Shown here piece after piece: positions 26,994 to 37,297 of a stretch of 64,000 nt of DNA (the stretch's first letter is position 1; each line of letters begins with the position of its first letter). The stretch is from Myxococcota bacterium. Lineage in GTDB: Bacteria; Myxococcota_A; SURF-8; G963663525. Both the position numbers and the translations under genes were made by a program. The stretch spans positions 30,609-94,608 of the forward strand of contig CAXXVK010000013.1 in the NCBI GenBank assembly GCA_963676915.2. The letters are read 5' to 3'. The notes below the pieces were generated by a model. It was not told the origin of the DNA. It worked only from the letters and a program-made list of their open reading frames with translations, and did no database searches.

Positions 26994-27290
26994 TCAATTC
27001 AATGGGGATAGAGAAACGACTTTGTCTGGTCCACCCAAAAAGTCCGGGACGCGGATCGTTGCCCCATCGTTAGTTTCGGTAAAGGACATCACCGTTCGTG
27101 CAAAGGCTTCGATATCCGCCCGATAACCGCACTTTCTGCAACGCACGAAGGTTTCGCCCTCGGAAGTTTCCAGCGTATACAGCGCGTAACTTTTGCAATC
27201 GGGACATTTGTACTCTTTGATGTACGGCTTGAGGCTTTCCGTCCACGGGAAAATTTTCTTTTGGGCAGGTCGCTTCGGACGTTGAGGCAT
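26994..27290 (-). CDS. Small zinc-ribbon protein (98 aa)
   Basis: CPDC ... CRKC four-Cys ribbon with a basic N-terminus, 93 nt downstream of the AbiEi-like gene on the same strand. Confidence 0.55.
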   Translation of the reverse strand: MPQRPKRPAQKKIFPWTESLKPYIKEYKCPDCKSYALYTLETSEGETFVRCRKCGYRADIEAFARTVMSFTETNDGATIRVPDFLGGPDKVVSLSPLN

Positions 27291-27383
27291 GGTTTCTCCA
27301 TAGTCGTGACGAAAACTTGAACCTCGTTATACTCTTTTTCTTTTGGGAATCAAAACATTTAAAAAGAAGGAGAAGAAACTTGC

Positions 27384-28235
27384 TCAGTAGCCTGCAAGTT
27401 CTTTGGGCACGATCAATTTCCAATCTCTCACGAGGGTGCCGCCCCGTTGTCCGGGAATCAGATACCGGGGTTGAGCGGGAAGGCGGTTGCGGAAAGAACG
27501 GAATTCGTCGGATCGACGATCGAACAAGCGTTTTCTGGAGTTGAGATACCAGCCGACCTTGGCGGTCGTTGTCGGATTGTCCAACGAGTCGAGATATTCG
27601 ATCGTTTTATCCAAGTCGATTGTAGGAAGACGATCCAACAGCGGAGAAACGCGCTTCCAACCTCCACAAAGTCTCAGGCGGTCGAAGACATCGACCAGCG
27701 AACGTTCCATATTGGTGACGCAGACATCGAATCCCATCCAGTCCGTAATCTGGGTAAAGGAGGTTTGCTTGTCCTTTTTCAACAACGAGGCAGGAACTCG
27801 ACAAGGAGTAAGCTGGATATCTTCGAAATTCGCCGGGCGGATTTTTTCTTCGGAAAGGAAAAACACTTTGTTCCAACTGGGGATGGGCGTTCCGGTGTGG
27901 TATTCGAGCGCCGTTAGATACGCGATAATGGCATCCGAAGACATTCGGGAAGCCGCCAGCCCGAGATCGACGAAGCAGGAATCCGGGCTTTCACCTGGAG
28001 GAACGGAATAATACAACTCACGGCGAATGCGTCCGATGCGTCCTTTGATGCGCAGACGTCTTAAGTACGCGTCGATGGCGTCCCGGCTACGGGGTTTTTC
28101 TTCTCGCAGTACCGCTGAAAATTCAGCAAGCGAGAATATCCGGTGTCTTTGCAAAAAGTCCTGGATCATCATGGCTTTGACGCAATGTTTGAATATGCAA
28201 TATTTATATAGTAAAGGATTTGGCGAGAGTGTCAA
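27384..28235 (-). CDS. AbiEi-family (type IV TA antitoxin-like) transcriptional regulator
   Basis: IFSLAEFSAVL..AYLRRLRIKGRIGRIRRELYYSVP (wHTH), AIIAYLTALEYHTG, VTNMERSLVDVFDRLRLCGGW and TTAKVGWYL follow the AbiEi/COG5340 pattern. The probable start is MMIQDF at 28172. Confidence 0.6.
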   Translation of the reverse strand: MTLSPNPLLYKYCIFKHCVKAMMIQDFLQRHRIFSLAEFSAVLREEKPRSRDAIDAYLRRLRIKGRIGRIRRELYYSVPPGESPDSCFVDLGLAASRMSSDAIIAYLTALEYHTGTPIPSWNKVFFLSEEKIRPANFEDIQLTPCRVPASLLKKDKQTSFTQITDWMGFDVCVTNMERSLVDVFDRLRLCGGWKRVSPLLDRLPTIDLDKTIEYLDSLDNPTTTAKVGWYLNSRKRLFDRRSDEFRSFRNRLPAQPRYLIPGQRGGTLVRDWKLIVPKELAGY

Positions 28236-28319
28236 TAGGGAAAGACGGAATATGAAAAAAAGCCCAAAATCGTGCCGAAACTATGCGTTTTGTTGGGTTT
28301 GAGAAGGTCTAACCCGGAA

Positions 28320-28496
28320 AATTCATGAAAAACCTGCTGCGACTTGAAAATCCTCGATCTTTCACTCGTTTCCCGATTTTTTATACTCAACATACTGTCA
28401 AGTATGCTTCCGTTAAAAAATCGTTCCAACTTTGCGAAATATCATCGGTTTTCAGCGTCTCGCGACGATTTCTCATGAATGTTCCGGGCTAAATCG
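28320..28496. repeat. Intergenic element 'family 2', copy A
   Basis: Ends are AATTCATGAA ... TCTCATGAAT. The 44-nt core CTGCGACTTGAAAATCCTCGATCTTTCACTCGTTTCCCGATTTT (28337-28380) differs at one position from 42533-42576. The right-hand ~45 nt are also similar. Confidence 0.7.
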
Positions 28497-28544
28497 ATAT
28501 CAACTCTTTGGCTATCTTTTTCGTAAACCCCGGTTCTTTTTCTG

Positions 28545-29564
28545 TCATTGACAAAATCCAACCATTCCATAAGCATAGGGCAGAACCGAACAATTAGAAC
28601 CGGGGCAACATTGAGGCAAACCCCATCCACAGGCCGGTGGATTTTCACAATGACCGCAATAAACGCACATTGGAGCGGTTTCAGCCGTGCAGCAATGGTC
28701 GATAGGGCAGGGAGGACAGTCAAATATCGGTAGGCAACCCATATCAGGATCGCATCTCTCTCCGGGGGGACAACCGTCTCCACAGGGGTTGCATGATGGT
28801 TTGCAACGGCCATCCGTACAGCATTCGTAATTGGATGAACAATCGGAGTCTTCCTCGCAGATATCTATGCAACAAAATTGATCGAACCCTGGGCTTGAAT
28901 CACAAACCTGGTGGATTGGACAATCCGCATCCACATAACAACTCGTACACTCTGTATCACAGAGACATTGGCCGTAGGTAGTGGAGGCTCCATCTACGTC
29001 ACAGGTGCAGCCCGTTGGGCAATAGTTCCCAATATTAAAGCAAAATTCGGTACAAACGCCTCCTTCCGCATCCGGTTGTTTATCGCAGAACTCTTGTATA
29101 TTGCAGTCCACGTCGTTTTTGCAAAAACCATCGATAAGCTCACAAGTGCCTGAATCTTCACAGGAAAAACCAAGCGGGCATTCCTCGCCCGGTAGGTCGC
29201 AGAAGTTGCGGCAGACGCCTTCCGAATCGCTGGGATTGTCCCGGTGGCAGTATTCTAAACCTTCCAGGCAATCGTCGTCTTGGGTGCAGAATTGAGAAAC
29301 CGGTACTTCTTCCTCCGTTTCGGTCTCAGAGATATCCTCGTTTTCGATGTCCTCTAAAACGTCGATCTCGTTGCTTTCACCAGCATTGGTATCGCTGGAA
29401 TCTACTGTGTCGTCATCGGCATCCGGGGAAGAATCATGTGCTTCACTCGCCTCATTCCAATCACTGTCCGTTTCGTAGAAGATATCAGTTTCGATACTGC
29501 AACCGAAAAGGACTAATGTACCGAAAGAAAAAAGCAATGTCAGGATGTGGCGTTTAAGGTTCAT
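28545..29564 (-). CDS. Cys-rich repeat lipoprotein with acidic linker
   Basis: Signal MNLKRHILTLLFSFGTLVLFGC and an Asp/Glu/Ser-rich linker. These are followed by ~250 aa with repeated C-x-D-D-x-D-C / FCD type modules (>45 Cys). GAGGA RBS lies before ATG 29564. Confidence 0.75.
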   Translation of the reverse strand: MNLKRHILTLLFSFGTLVLFGCSIETDIFYETDSDWNEASEAHDSSPDADDDTVDSSDTNAGESNEIDVLEDIENEDISETETEEEVPVSQFCTQDDDCLEGLEYCHRDNPSDSEGVCRNFCDLPGEECPLGFSCEDSGTCELIDGFCKNDVDCNIQEFCDKQPDAEGGVCTEFCFNIGNYCPTGCTCDVDGASTTYGQCLCDTECTSCYVDADCPIHQVCDSSPGFDQFCCIDICEEDSDCSSNYECCTDGRCKPSCNPCGDGCPPGERCDPDMGCLPIFDCPPCPIDHCCTAETAPMCVYCGHCENPPACGWGLPQCCPGSNCSVLPYAYGMVGFCQ

Positions 29565-29758
29565 GGCATCATCCTCTGGTTGTGCATCATGGGATATTCG
29601 ATTATTCATAAGACGATATGGTGATGTCTTTTTATTCCTTCATTTTCACTCGTTCGAGTTCAACCGATTTCCAAACAACGTTTGAAAAAGGAAGACATCG
29701 TTTGACCGTTCCCACCGAAATCTCTTGCTTCTCCTCCATGGTAGGTTAAGATGGTCTC

Positions 29759-30607
29759 ATGATCAAGACGAAAGAAAAGGGGCAACACCTCCGAATCGTT
29801 GTCGGTATCGTCATATTTCTTGCTTTGGGACTGCTTTTCCCGCTGGCGTCTTCGTATGCCGGATGGTTGACGCCTGTCAACGGTCCCTATCGTCCGCAGG
29901 TTCTGGAACAGGTGAAAAACCAGCTAATGGCTGCTCCAGCTCGTTGCACGAAACCGCCGGTCGTGATTTTCGATCTCGATCACACTCTTTTCGATTCCAG
30001 ACCAAGAATCTGGCGTATTTTGCAAGAATTCGCTTTGACGCTCCCCGAGTCGAAAAAAGACCAGCGTCAAATCATTCAGGCTTCCAAAATGTCGGATATT
30101 TCCTATCTGGTCATCGAAACGTTGCAACGGATTGGGATAAAGGATCCACAAACGATCGAAGACGGATTGAAATTCTGGATCAAGCATTTCGCCCACGAAG
30201 GGCGATGCAGCCAGGACGGTATCATTCCCGGAGGACCGGAGTACGTCAATAGGCTGCATAAGGCCGGTGCATTCATCGTGTACCTGACCGCCAGGGCAAA
30301 AGATTGGGAACTCGTTTGCACGGTAGACAGCTTGAAGAAAAACGGCTATCCGATCGGCGTGGCCAATACACAGCTCATCATGAAACCCGATCCCGAGCAG
30401 CGAGCCGTCGAATATAAAACCGAAGTTTTTAAAGATATCGACAGTATGGGCTGCGTTGTCGCCTGTTTCGAGAACGAACCGAAAAACATCAATGCCATGG
30501 CGCAACAATGGCCGGAAGCCGTTCATGTTTTTCTGGATACCGATTTCGACCCGCGCCATCCCGTCAAACTATTGGACTCCATCCAACGGATTGCATCCTA
30601 CGAGTAA
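29759..30607 (+). CDS. HAD-superfamily phosphatase-like protein with N-terminal membrane anchor/signal
   Basis: HAD motif I VVIFDLDHTLFDS and a hydrophobic N-terminus; 282 aa. Confidence 0.6.
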   Translation: MIKTKEKGQHLRIVVGIVIFLALGLLFPLASSYAGWLTPVNGPYRPQVLEQVKNQLMAAPARCTKPPVVIFDLDHTLFDSRPRIWRILQEFALTLPESKKDQRQIIQASKMSDISYLVIETLQRIGIKDPQTIEDGLKFWIKHFAHEGRCSQDGIIPGGPEYVNRLHKAGAFIVYLTARAKDWELVCTVDSLKKNGYPIGVANTQLIMKPDPEQRAVEYKTEVFKDIDSMGCVVACFENEPKNINAMAQQWPEAVHVFLDTDFDPRHPVKLLDSIQRIASYE

Positions 30608-30624
30608 CATCCCGAAAATGTTGA

Positions 30625-31206
30625 CTATTTCTTTTTAAGGATTGCTCGCCAACCGGTTGCGTGGGGAACATGACGACGTGCGCTTTTCCACTCGTGCACC
30701 CGTTCGACCGAGTAGAAAAGATCGGGGTCCAAGGTCATCGCCCAAGAAACGAGCTTGCGGATTTTCTTTCGTTCGCAGATCGCAAACAGCATGGTGGTCG
30801 GTCCGCCAAAGCCTTCTCCCGAAAACGTCGTAAGCACCTGGCCTTTTTCCCGCAATTTCTTGGCGATTTGGTTGCCGTGTTGCTGGGAGATGATCCGAAG
30901 CACCGATTTTCCCAGCGCCAGTTTCTTTTCAAGCCAGACACCTGCGGCATTACCCGTCGCATAACCACCGGCATAGGCAAGAACTAGCACCAGGCTTTCG
31001 TTGATTCGTGTAATCACTTGCGCGACAGCTACCACCCAGACGAGCACTTCGACAAATCCCATGCTCACGGCCATGACCGTTAATCCCTCGACGATGGCAA
31101 GTGTTCGAACCGTACCCAAGGAAACATCCACGATTCGGAGTGAAAAAATAACGAGAGCCAAACCCCAGATAGGCAGTTCATTAATGAATTCCATAAGATC
31201 CTCCAT
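30625..31206 (-). CDS. UPF0316/DUF2179 family membrane protein
   Basis: RIVDVSLGTVRTLAIVEG, AYAGGYATGNAAGVWLEKKLALG and DPDLFYSVERV match the UPF0316 pattern. Confidence 0.65.
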   Translation of the reverse strand: MEDLMEFINELPIWGLALVIFSLRIVDVSLGTVRTLAIVEGLTVMAVSMGFVEVLVWVVAVAQVITRINESLVLVLAYAGGYATGNAAGVWLEKKLALGKSVLRIISQQHGNQIAKKLREKGQVLTTFSGEGFGGPTTMLFAICERKKIRKLVSWAMTLDPDLFYSVERVHEWKSARRHVPHATGWRAILKKK

Positions 31207-31434
31207 TTTTCTTCGACGTGAACCGTTCTCAAAAAAAATAAAAAAGAGAACGACAACCCAAAGGGGCCATGCCCATGCCATTCGAGCGGGAGCAAGTCAA
31301 GGATTGTTTTCTTTTTTTTTAAAATTCTGCATTTGACCCTTTTGCCGATCAGATGAGCCTCTTGCCTGAATCCCGAAGATAAATCTTCAAGGTACGGACC
31401 GGAAGGTCCGGGAGACTGTGCAAACTATTGAAAA

Positions 31435-31471
31435 CACAGCCTTCCACGCTTCGCGCGTAAGACTATGGCAC
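31435..31471. repeat. Degenerate copy of the hairpin element found after fusA
   Basis: CACAGCCTTCCACGCTTCGCGCGTAAGACTATGGCAC vs CACAGTTTTCCTCGCTTCGCGGGGAAGACTGTGGCAC at 33834-33870, about 30 of 37 identical. The left stem arm is missing here. Confidence 0.5.
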
Positions 31472-31719
31472 ACATGGGTTTTATAAAAACCATCAAGATC
31501 CTGATTTATGCAAAAGCCACGGATGTTCTTCGTTGTTCAGCTTACAACAATGATTGCATCAGGGGCGCTTTGAATAATTCGAGAAAATGAATGCATAAAA
31601 TGCAAATTTCATTCAAAATATGAAAAAATGAAGAAATTTAGGAATTCTCCTTGACTATTTGCTCACAATCCTTTTGTGTAGCAACCCTCTTTTAGCCCGT
31701 GAATACGGAGAAAAACATT

Positions 31720-33792
31720 ATGGGGATCAAAAAGGCGAGAAATATCGGGATCGTCGCGCACATCGACGCCGGAAAAACCACGGTGACGGAGCGAATCCTG
31801 TTTTATACCGGTGTGAATCGTACTATCGGTGAAGTTCACGACGGCAAAGCCACTATGGATTTCATGAAGCAGGAGCAGGAGCGAGGCATTACCATCGCTT
31901 CGGCGGCAATTACCTGCGAATGGAACGGACATAAAGTCAACATCATCGACACTCCCGGCCACGTGGACTTCACGATTGAAGTCGAGCGTTCCATGCGCGT
32001 GCTGGACGGTATTGTATCCGTTTTTTGCGCGGTGGGTGGTGTAGAGGCGCAGAGTGAAACCGTTTGGGGACAGGCCGACCGCTACCAGGTGCCGCGTATC
32101 GCCTTCGTGAACAAAATGGACCGAGCCGGCGCGGATTTTCACGATGTCGTGAGTCAACTCAACGATCGTCTCAACGCTGGCGCGACTCCCTACCAGTTGC
32201 CCATCGGTGCAGGGGATGATTTTCGCGGCGTGATCGACCTGATCGACATGGAAGCCATTCAATTCGGCGACAATTCCATGCAACGGACGCCGATTCCTGA
32301 TGAACTTCGGGAAGAGGCCGAAACGTGGCGCAACAACATGCTCGAACAGCTATCCGAATACGACGATGAAATCGCGGAATTGTACCTGGACGAAAAACCT
32401 GTACCCAAAGAGTTGATTCACTCGGTAACGCGCTTTTGCGTGCTTCGTTCGCTGTTTACGCCTGTGTTCTGCGGCGCGGCCTATAAAAACATCGGTATTC
32501 AACTGCTTCTGAATGCCGTATGCGATTTCCTGCCCAGTCCGCTCAACGGTGGGGCGATTGTCGGAGAGGATGTGGACGATCCTTCGGTTACGATCACCCG
32601 GCACCCGAAACCTTCCGAACCGTTTTCGGCGTTGGTTTTCAAGATCATTCACGATCCCTTCGTGGGTCAGCAGACCTTCGTTCGTACCTATTCCGGTATT
32701 TTGAAAACCGGTGACACCTTGCTCAATGCAACTACAGGAAAGAAAGTTCGTGTTGCGCGAATCTTCCGTATTCACGCCAAAGACCGTAAGGAAATCAAAG
32801 AAGTGGGACCGGGCGACATCGTTGCGCTGATCGGCCTGAAAACCACCCACACGGGACATACGATCTGCGACAAAGATGCACCGCTCGTTTTGGAATCGGT
32901 ACGGGTACCCGAGCCGGTGATTAGTGTCAAAGTCAGCACTGCAACGCAGAAGGAAAAAGACAAGTTGTTGGATTCACTGCGCAAAATGGCGCTTGAAGAC
33001 CCGTCTTTTTCCGTGCGTCAGATGGAACGCGCCAACGAAACGGTGATTGCCGGTATGGGTGAGTTGCATCTCGACGTTATCGTGGATCGTCTGAAAACGG
33101 AGTTCAATGTGTTCGCAGAGGTGGGGCAGCCGTCCGTTGAATATCGCGAGACGATCACAAAACCCTGCCAGCACGAAACGAAATTCGCCAAGCAAACCGG
33201 TGGTCGTGGTCAATACGCGCACACGATCCTGCAGTTGGAACCCAATCCGGGTGGCGGATTCGAGTTCGTAAATGCCGTGGTTGGCGGCAATATTCCCTCG
33301 GAATACATTCCTTCCGTCAAAAAAGGCATACTGGAGACGATGGACCGAGGCGTCCTGGCCGATTATCAGACCGTCGATGTGAAAGTTACACTGTTGGACG
33401 GAAGTTTCCACGCAGTGGATAGTTCGGAAATGGCGTTCAAAACCTGTGGCGCGGTTTGCTTTAAAGAGGCGTTCAAGAAAGCAGATCCGCAATTGCTCGA
33501 GCCGCTGATGTCCCTCGAAATCGCCACTCCCGACGACTTTATCGGTGATGTCGTGGGTGACCTCAACCGACGACGCGGTAAAGTGCAGAACATGCGCCGT
33601 TTCCGTAAGGGAAGCCAGAAAATCACGGCTGAAGCTCCCCTAATGGAACTGTTCGGATACGCTACGATGATTCGTTCGCTATCCTCGGGTCGGGCGAATT
33701 ATTCGATGGAACTCAAGCAATACAGTCCCATGCCGAAAGCGGCTCAGGAAGTGGCTTTGAAGGAAGCTAAAGAACGGCTTGCCAAAAAATAG
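31720..33792 (+). CDS. fusA: Translation elongation factor G
   Basis: [32 protein letters not shown] and NKMDR GTPase motifs, with full EF-G length. GGAG RBS precedes ATG 31720. Confidence 0.95.
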   Translation: MGIKKARNIGIVAHIDAGKTTVTERILFYTGVNRTIGEVHDGKATMDFMKQEQERGITIASAAITCEWNGHKVNIIDTPGHVDFTIEVERSMRVLDGIVSVFCAVGGVEAQSETVWGQADRYQVPRIAFVNKMDRAGADFHDVVSQLNDRLNAGATPYQLPIGAGDDFRGVIDLIDMEAIQFGDNSMQRTPIPDELREEAETWRNNMLEQLSEYDDEIAELYLDEKPVPKELIHSVTRFCVLRSLFTPVFCGAAYKNIGIQLLLNAVCDFLPSPLNGGAIVGEDVDDPSVTITRHPKPSEPFSALVFKIIHDPFVGQQTFVRTYSGILKTGDTLLNATTGKKVRVARIFRIHAKDRKEIKEVGPGDIVALIGLKTTHTGHTICDKDAPLVLESVRVPEPVISVKVSTATQKEKDKLLDSLRKMALEDPSFSVRQMERANETVIAGMGELHLDVIVDRLKTEFNVFAEVGQPSVEYRETITKPCQHETKFAKQTGGRGQYAHTILQLEPNPGGGFEFVNAVVGGNIPSEYIPSVKKGILETMDRGVLADYQTVDVKVTLLDGSFHAVDSSEMAFKTCGAVCFKEAFKKADPQLLEPLMSLEIATPDDFIGDVVGDLNRRRGKVQNMRRFRKGSQKITAEAPLMELFGYATMIRSLSSGRANYSMELKQYSPMPKAAQEVALKEAKERLAKK

Positions 33793-33829
33793 GAAGCCTC
33801 TCGTACAAAATCTGAAAAGACATTTCAGT

Positions 33830-33870
33830 GTGCCACAGTTTTCCTCGCTTCGCGGGGAAGACTGTGGCAC
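33830..33870. repeat. Hairpin (10-bp stem GTGCCACAGT / ACTGTGGCAC) between convergent genes
   Basis: Perfect inverted repeat with a 21-nt loop and no T-run. It may act as a bidirectional terminator or REP-like element. Confidence 0.5.
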
Positions 33871-33906
33871 GCGTGATTTACCCCCAAAATTAAGAAGTCG
33901 CTTGCA

Positions 33907-36219
33907 CTATTCCTGCTTGACGACTACCGCTTCTCCTTCGGTCGCTGTGATTTTCTCGCTTCCATCGAGAGATAACGTGGTTCCTCTTGCCATCAGGAAC
34001 AGCTTTGAGTCACCTTCCAACGTTACAAGTGATAACTCCGCGTCGGTCGCAATCTGTACACCGTTGGATAGATCCAAGGTGCCTGGTGCGTCGGTGTCAC
34101 GTAACAACACGAGGTCTTTTCCTCCCGAATGCGTGATTTCCCAGGCGGCTACGCCTTTGCTTACCCCGTTGACCGTGATCTTCGTAACGGTTAACGGCGC
34201 TTCGGGGGAACCTGCTGTCGCCAAGGTTTTATAGGGTGCCGCCACGGCGAGAAAACCGGGGGCGATGGCCTCGACTTTGCCGTCCATTACACCGTGATTG
34301 GCTTCATCTCCTTCGATTTCATGAACGTGCGGAGCTTCGAACTCGAAATAGTAGGGTTCTTTCAATGTCAGGTTTTCGTCGGTTGTCGCCAGAAACACCT
34401 CGACGCCAGCCTTATCACGTTCCCATTTTCCGGAAATGTCACCTAATTCCCATAGGTTACCCGTGCCATGTCCGGCATAGCCATGCAGCCGCCAGGTGTA
34501 ATGTCGTGCTTCGGTGGCGGTTGTAATAACGCGATCGGCTACGATGGCGTATCGATTGCGTACCAGCATAACGCTACGTTGGGTTTGCGATACTTCAAGA
34601 TCTTGCCAGGCTTCAACGTAAGCTAGATTTTCGGAAAGGTATTCGTTTTTCAAAAAGGCGTCCGCGTCGCCGAAGTTGGTCAACATCCCTTTCGGCTCGA
34701 CCGGTTCTTCCTCAATCGTCAGCAGGTTGTGGGAAGCCGCCTGAGCGGTAACGGCGTTGTTCATCATGTTGGGCTTGTAATAGCCGGTGTCGATCAGCAG
34801 GTATTCCCCATAAGCGGAGAACGTAAACGACCCGCCGTCCACATGGTCGTGGATCGCTTTTCTGGCCGATCCATGCTCGGCGGTGACCATCAGCCACATG
34901 TCATCCGTATCCCAACCGGAGCGGAACACGGATTGTCCGGCGGTTTCCATCACTCTATGGGTCCACTCGGGAGGCTGGGCATCCGGGAGTTCGGGAGCGT
35001 AGGCCAGATGCTGGATACGCAGGTCCATCCCACCGGACATATTCAAGTTATCGTTGTGCCAGTCCCACACCAGATCTTCGCGATCCATGTATTTCGCCAT
35101 AATCGCGCCGCCGTTGCCGTCCCTGATTCCGCTATCCTCCAACGGAGGGCGTCGACCGTCGGGCATTCGCAGCGTCAAAAACCAGTCTACGCTTTTCTGG
35201 AACGGCTCTCCGAACATCGGGTTGTCGAAAACGAAGGCTTCCCCGTCTACACAGCCGTGGTTGGTCCAGGGGTCCGCATCGTTGCGGTTGATGCAGTTTT
35301 TCGTGAAAATTCGGGAGGTTCCAATGCGATTGTGCCAGGCATGAAACAGCGCCAGCGAAGGAGCGAAAGCGAAACGATAGTATAGAGAACCTTCGGAAAC
35401 GCCACCGTCCTCCTGCACGTACTGACCGTTTGGACCCCAGAGGTAATCCAGTTCGGAAAATGCCCAGTCCGCCCATTTACGCGCTTCTGGATGTTCGGGA
35501 AAGCCCAGTGCTACCGTGCCGATAGAGCAAGCCGTGCGAATAGGGTGGTTGTTCTGGGTGTAGAAAATGAACGAGCGGTTGAAGTCGTTTTCAATGTAAT
35601 CGATGTAAAAAGCATCGATAATCGTGGTCAGTTTGTCTTCGGCTTCCTGCGCTTCATCTTCGGGAATCATCTCCGCTCCTACGAGCAGATCGAGAGCGAA
35701 GGTGTAGCACATGACAATCGAGGGCATACGAATGTTGATATCGCTGTCTTCGTGGCTGGCGTAGTTGTCGGAAAGTTGCTGGAAAAAATCCCGGGCTTTG
35801 GTCGCATAGGTTTCGTCGTCGAGTAGCCACGCCAAAAAAGCGGCAGCCAGAGCGGTTTCTCCGTTTTTCTGCTCGTCGCTGTCGAACATGTCCGGTTCAG
35901 ATAAATCGCGGTGATCCCGTGTGGCAACATCTTTGATTTCTTGAAGAATCTGTGCAAACGGCTCTCGCTCGATTCGCTCCAGGATGACGGCTTTGTCTTC
36001 GGGACGTACGATCATCGTTGGTGCAATATCGGGACGAGGTGGCAGACCTTCGCCGATGCTTTCTTCCTCTTCGTTTTCCATGGCTTCGGTATCCGTGAGT
36101 TCCACATCCCCATCGCCGGGAACGATATCGGCGGGGGAGGCGTCGTCGTCGCAGCCGAGCGAAACGGCGAAAATCAGTAACAGACCGAAAATATGGAGGA
36201 AATGGAAAACGTGCCGCAT
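33907..36219 (-). CDS. Heparinase II/III-like (polysaccharide lyase-type) lipoprotein
   Basis: Signal ..LIFAVSLGCDDD. HDHVDGGSFTFSAYGEYLLIDTGYY matches the heparinase II/III C-terminal signature; 770 aa. Confidence 0.6.
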   Translation of the reverse strand: MRHVFHFLHIFGLLLIFAVSLGCDDDASPADIVPGDGDVELTDTEAMENEEEESIGEGLPPRPDIAPTMIVRPEDKAVILERIEREPFAQILQEIKDVATRDHRDLSEPDMFDSDEQKNGETALAAAFLAWLLDDETYATKARDFFQQLSDNYASHEDSDINIRMPSIVMCYTFALDLLVGAEMIPEDEAQEAEDKLTTIIDAFYIDYIENDFNRSFIFYTQNNHPIRTACSIGTVALGFPEHPEARKWADWAFSELDYLWGPNGQYVQEDGGVSEGSLYYRFAFAPSLALFHAWHNRIGTSRIFTKNCINRNDADPWTNHGCVDGEAFVFDNPMFGEPFQKSVDWFLTLRMPDGRRPPLEDSGIRDGNGGAIMAKYMDREDLVWDWHNDNLNMSGGMDLRIQHLAYAPELPDAQPPEWTHRVMETAGQSVFRSGWDTDDMWLMVTAEHGSARKAIHDHVDGGSFTFSAYGEYLLIDTGYYKPNMMNNAVTAQAASHNLLTIEEEPVEPKGMLTNFGDADAFLKNEYLSENLAYVEAWQDLEVSQTQRSVMLVRNRYAIVADRVITTATEARHYTWRLHGYAGHGTGNLWELGDISGKWERDKAGVEVFLATTDENLTLKEPYYFEFEAPHVHEIEGDEANHGVMDGKVEAIAPGFLAVAAPYKTLATAGSPEAPLTVTKITVNGVSKGVAAWEITHSGGKDLVLLRDTDAPGTLDLSNGVQIATDAELSLVTLEGDSKLFLMARGTTLSLDGSEKITATEGEAVVVKQE

Positions 36220-36360
36220 GGAAATTCCTTGGTTTCGAGAAACAATTCATGTCTTGCAAAAACCGGAGATACGAAGTGCCGGTTTATAGAAAAACATGCT
36301 GGAAAATCTTAAGGTACCAACTTACGGCGAACATCGAAATATTGCAAAAAAGAGTTCGGT

Positions 36361-37239
36361 TCAGTCTTTAAACGCTTCCAGCGCTCGTTTGTTGCAGGAT
36401 ACGATGTAGTCTCCGACGTTGCAGCCGATCATTTGTGCCACTTTGTTGCATTTTGCCATGAATAGGAAGAAAACGGGACGATCCACGTCATCTTCACATA
36501 AAGATTCGAAATTTCCCTGTCCTTTGGCCAGCACGAGATCCGCTTCCGCCCATGCCTGCCGGAATTCTTTAGAGCTTTGTTCGAGCAGAACACCGGGGAG
36601 GTCTACCCCGGTATCGACGATGCGAGCTACCATCTCCATACCGACGGTTCGAGCGTCTTTACGTGTGATGTCGTTGAGCACCGGAGCGCCCCGAACGGCG
36701 AACGTAACTTTTCCTTTAGGGAGATGGGAGATCAGGAGTTTGTCGAAGACGATTTCCCCTGCATTATCGCCGATGTAGAGGATTTTATCCGCTTTGCTTA
36801 GTGCATGTTGTAATAGCTCGGAACGATCGATCGCAAAGCCTGCATCGGCGACATTGGCAATGGTTTCGAGCACTTTTTCGGCGCTCAGTTCCGGGTGTGC
36901 TCCCAGGTCGATGATGTTTCCTGCCACTGCCAGTTGCAACGCTTCTTGAAAATTTTCGGCTTTTCCTTCAGGGAAACGTTCGGACAGTATTTGTGTCATC
37001 CAGCGGTTGGCTTTGTCCTTCGCTTCGGCGAACAGATCGGAACTTCCTGTTTCTTCACGAAGAATCCGTTGGATGTGCTGGGCCATCAAAGTCGTTCCTC
37101 CGTATTCTTCGAAATGCGACAACGTTTCGAGCACACGGACCATGGTTTTTCTCGTGGTGGAGTCGTCGAGAGACAGCACTCGGGAGGTCGAAAGTACCTG
37201 ATTGACGAAGCAGGGAAGACAATCCAGAGCGATTTTCAT
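36361..37239 (-). CDS. DUF89/ARMT1-like damage-control phosphatase family protein
   Basis: MKIALDCLPCFVNQVL start, YIGDNAGEIVFDKLLI and AKGQGNFESL motifs typical of DUF89. Confidence 0.6.
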   Translation of the reverse strand: MKIALDCLPCFVNQVLSTSRVLSLDDSTTRKTMVRVLETLSHFEEYGGTTLMAQHIQRILREETGSSDLFAEAKDKANRWMTQILSERFPEGKAENFQEALQLAVAGNIIDLGAHPELSAEKVLETIANVADAGFAIDRSELLQHALSKADKILYIGDNAGEIVFDKLLISHLPKGKVTFAVRGAPVLNDITRKDARTVGMEMVARIVDTGVDLPGVLLEQSSKEFRQAWAEADLVLAKGQGNFESLCEDDVDRPVFFLFMAKCNKVAQMIGCNVGDYIVSCNKRALEAFKD

Positions 37240-37297
37240 GATGGTTCCTTTCTATGCAGCACTTTTCAGCGGTAAAAACGCAGTGATTTCGGTGAGT

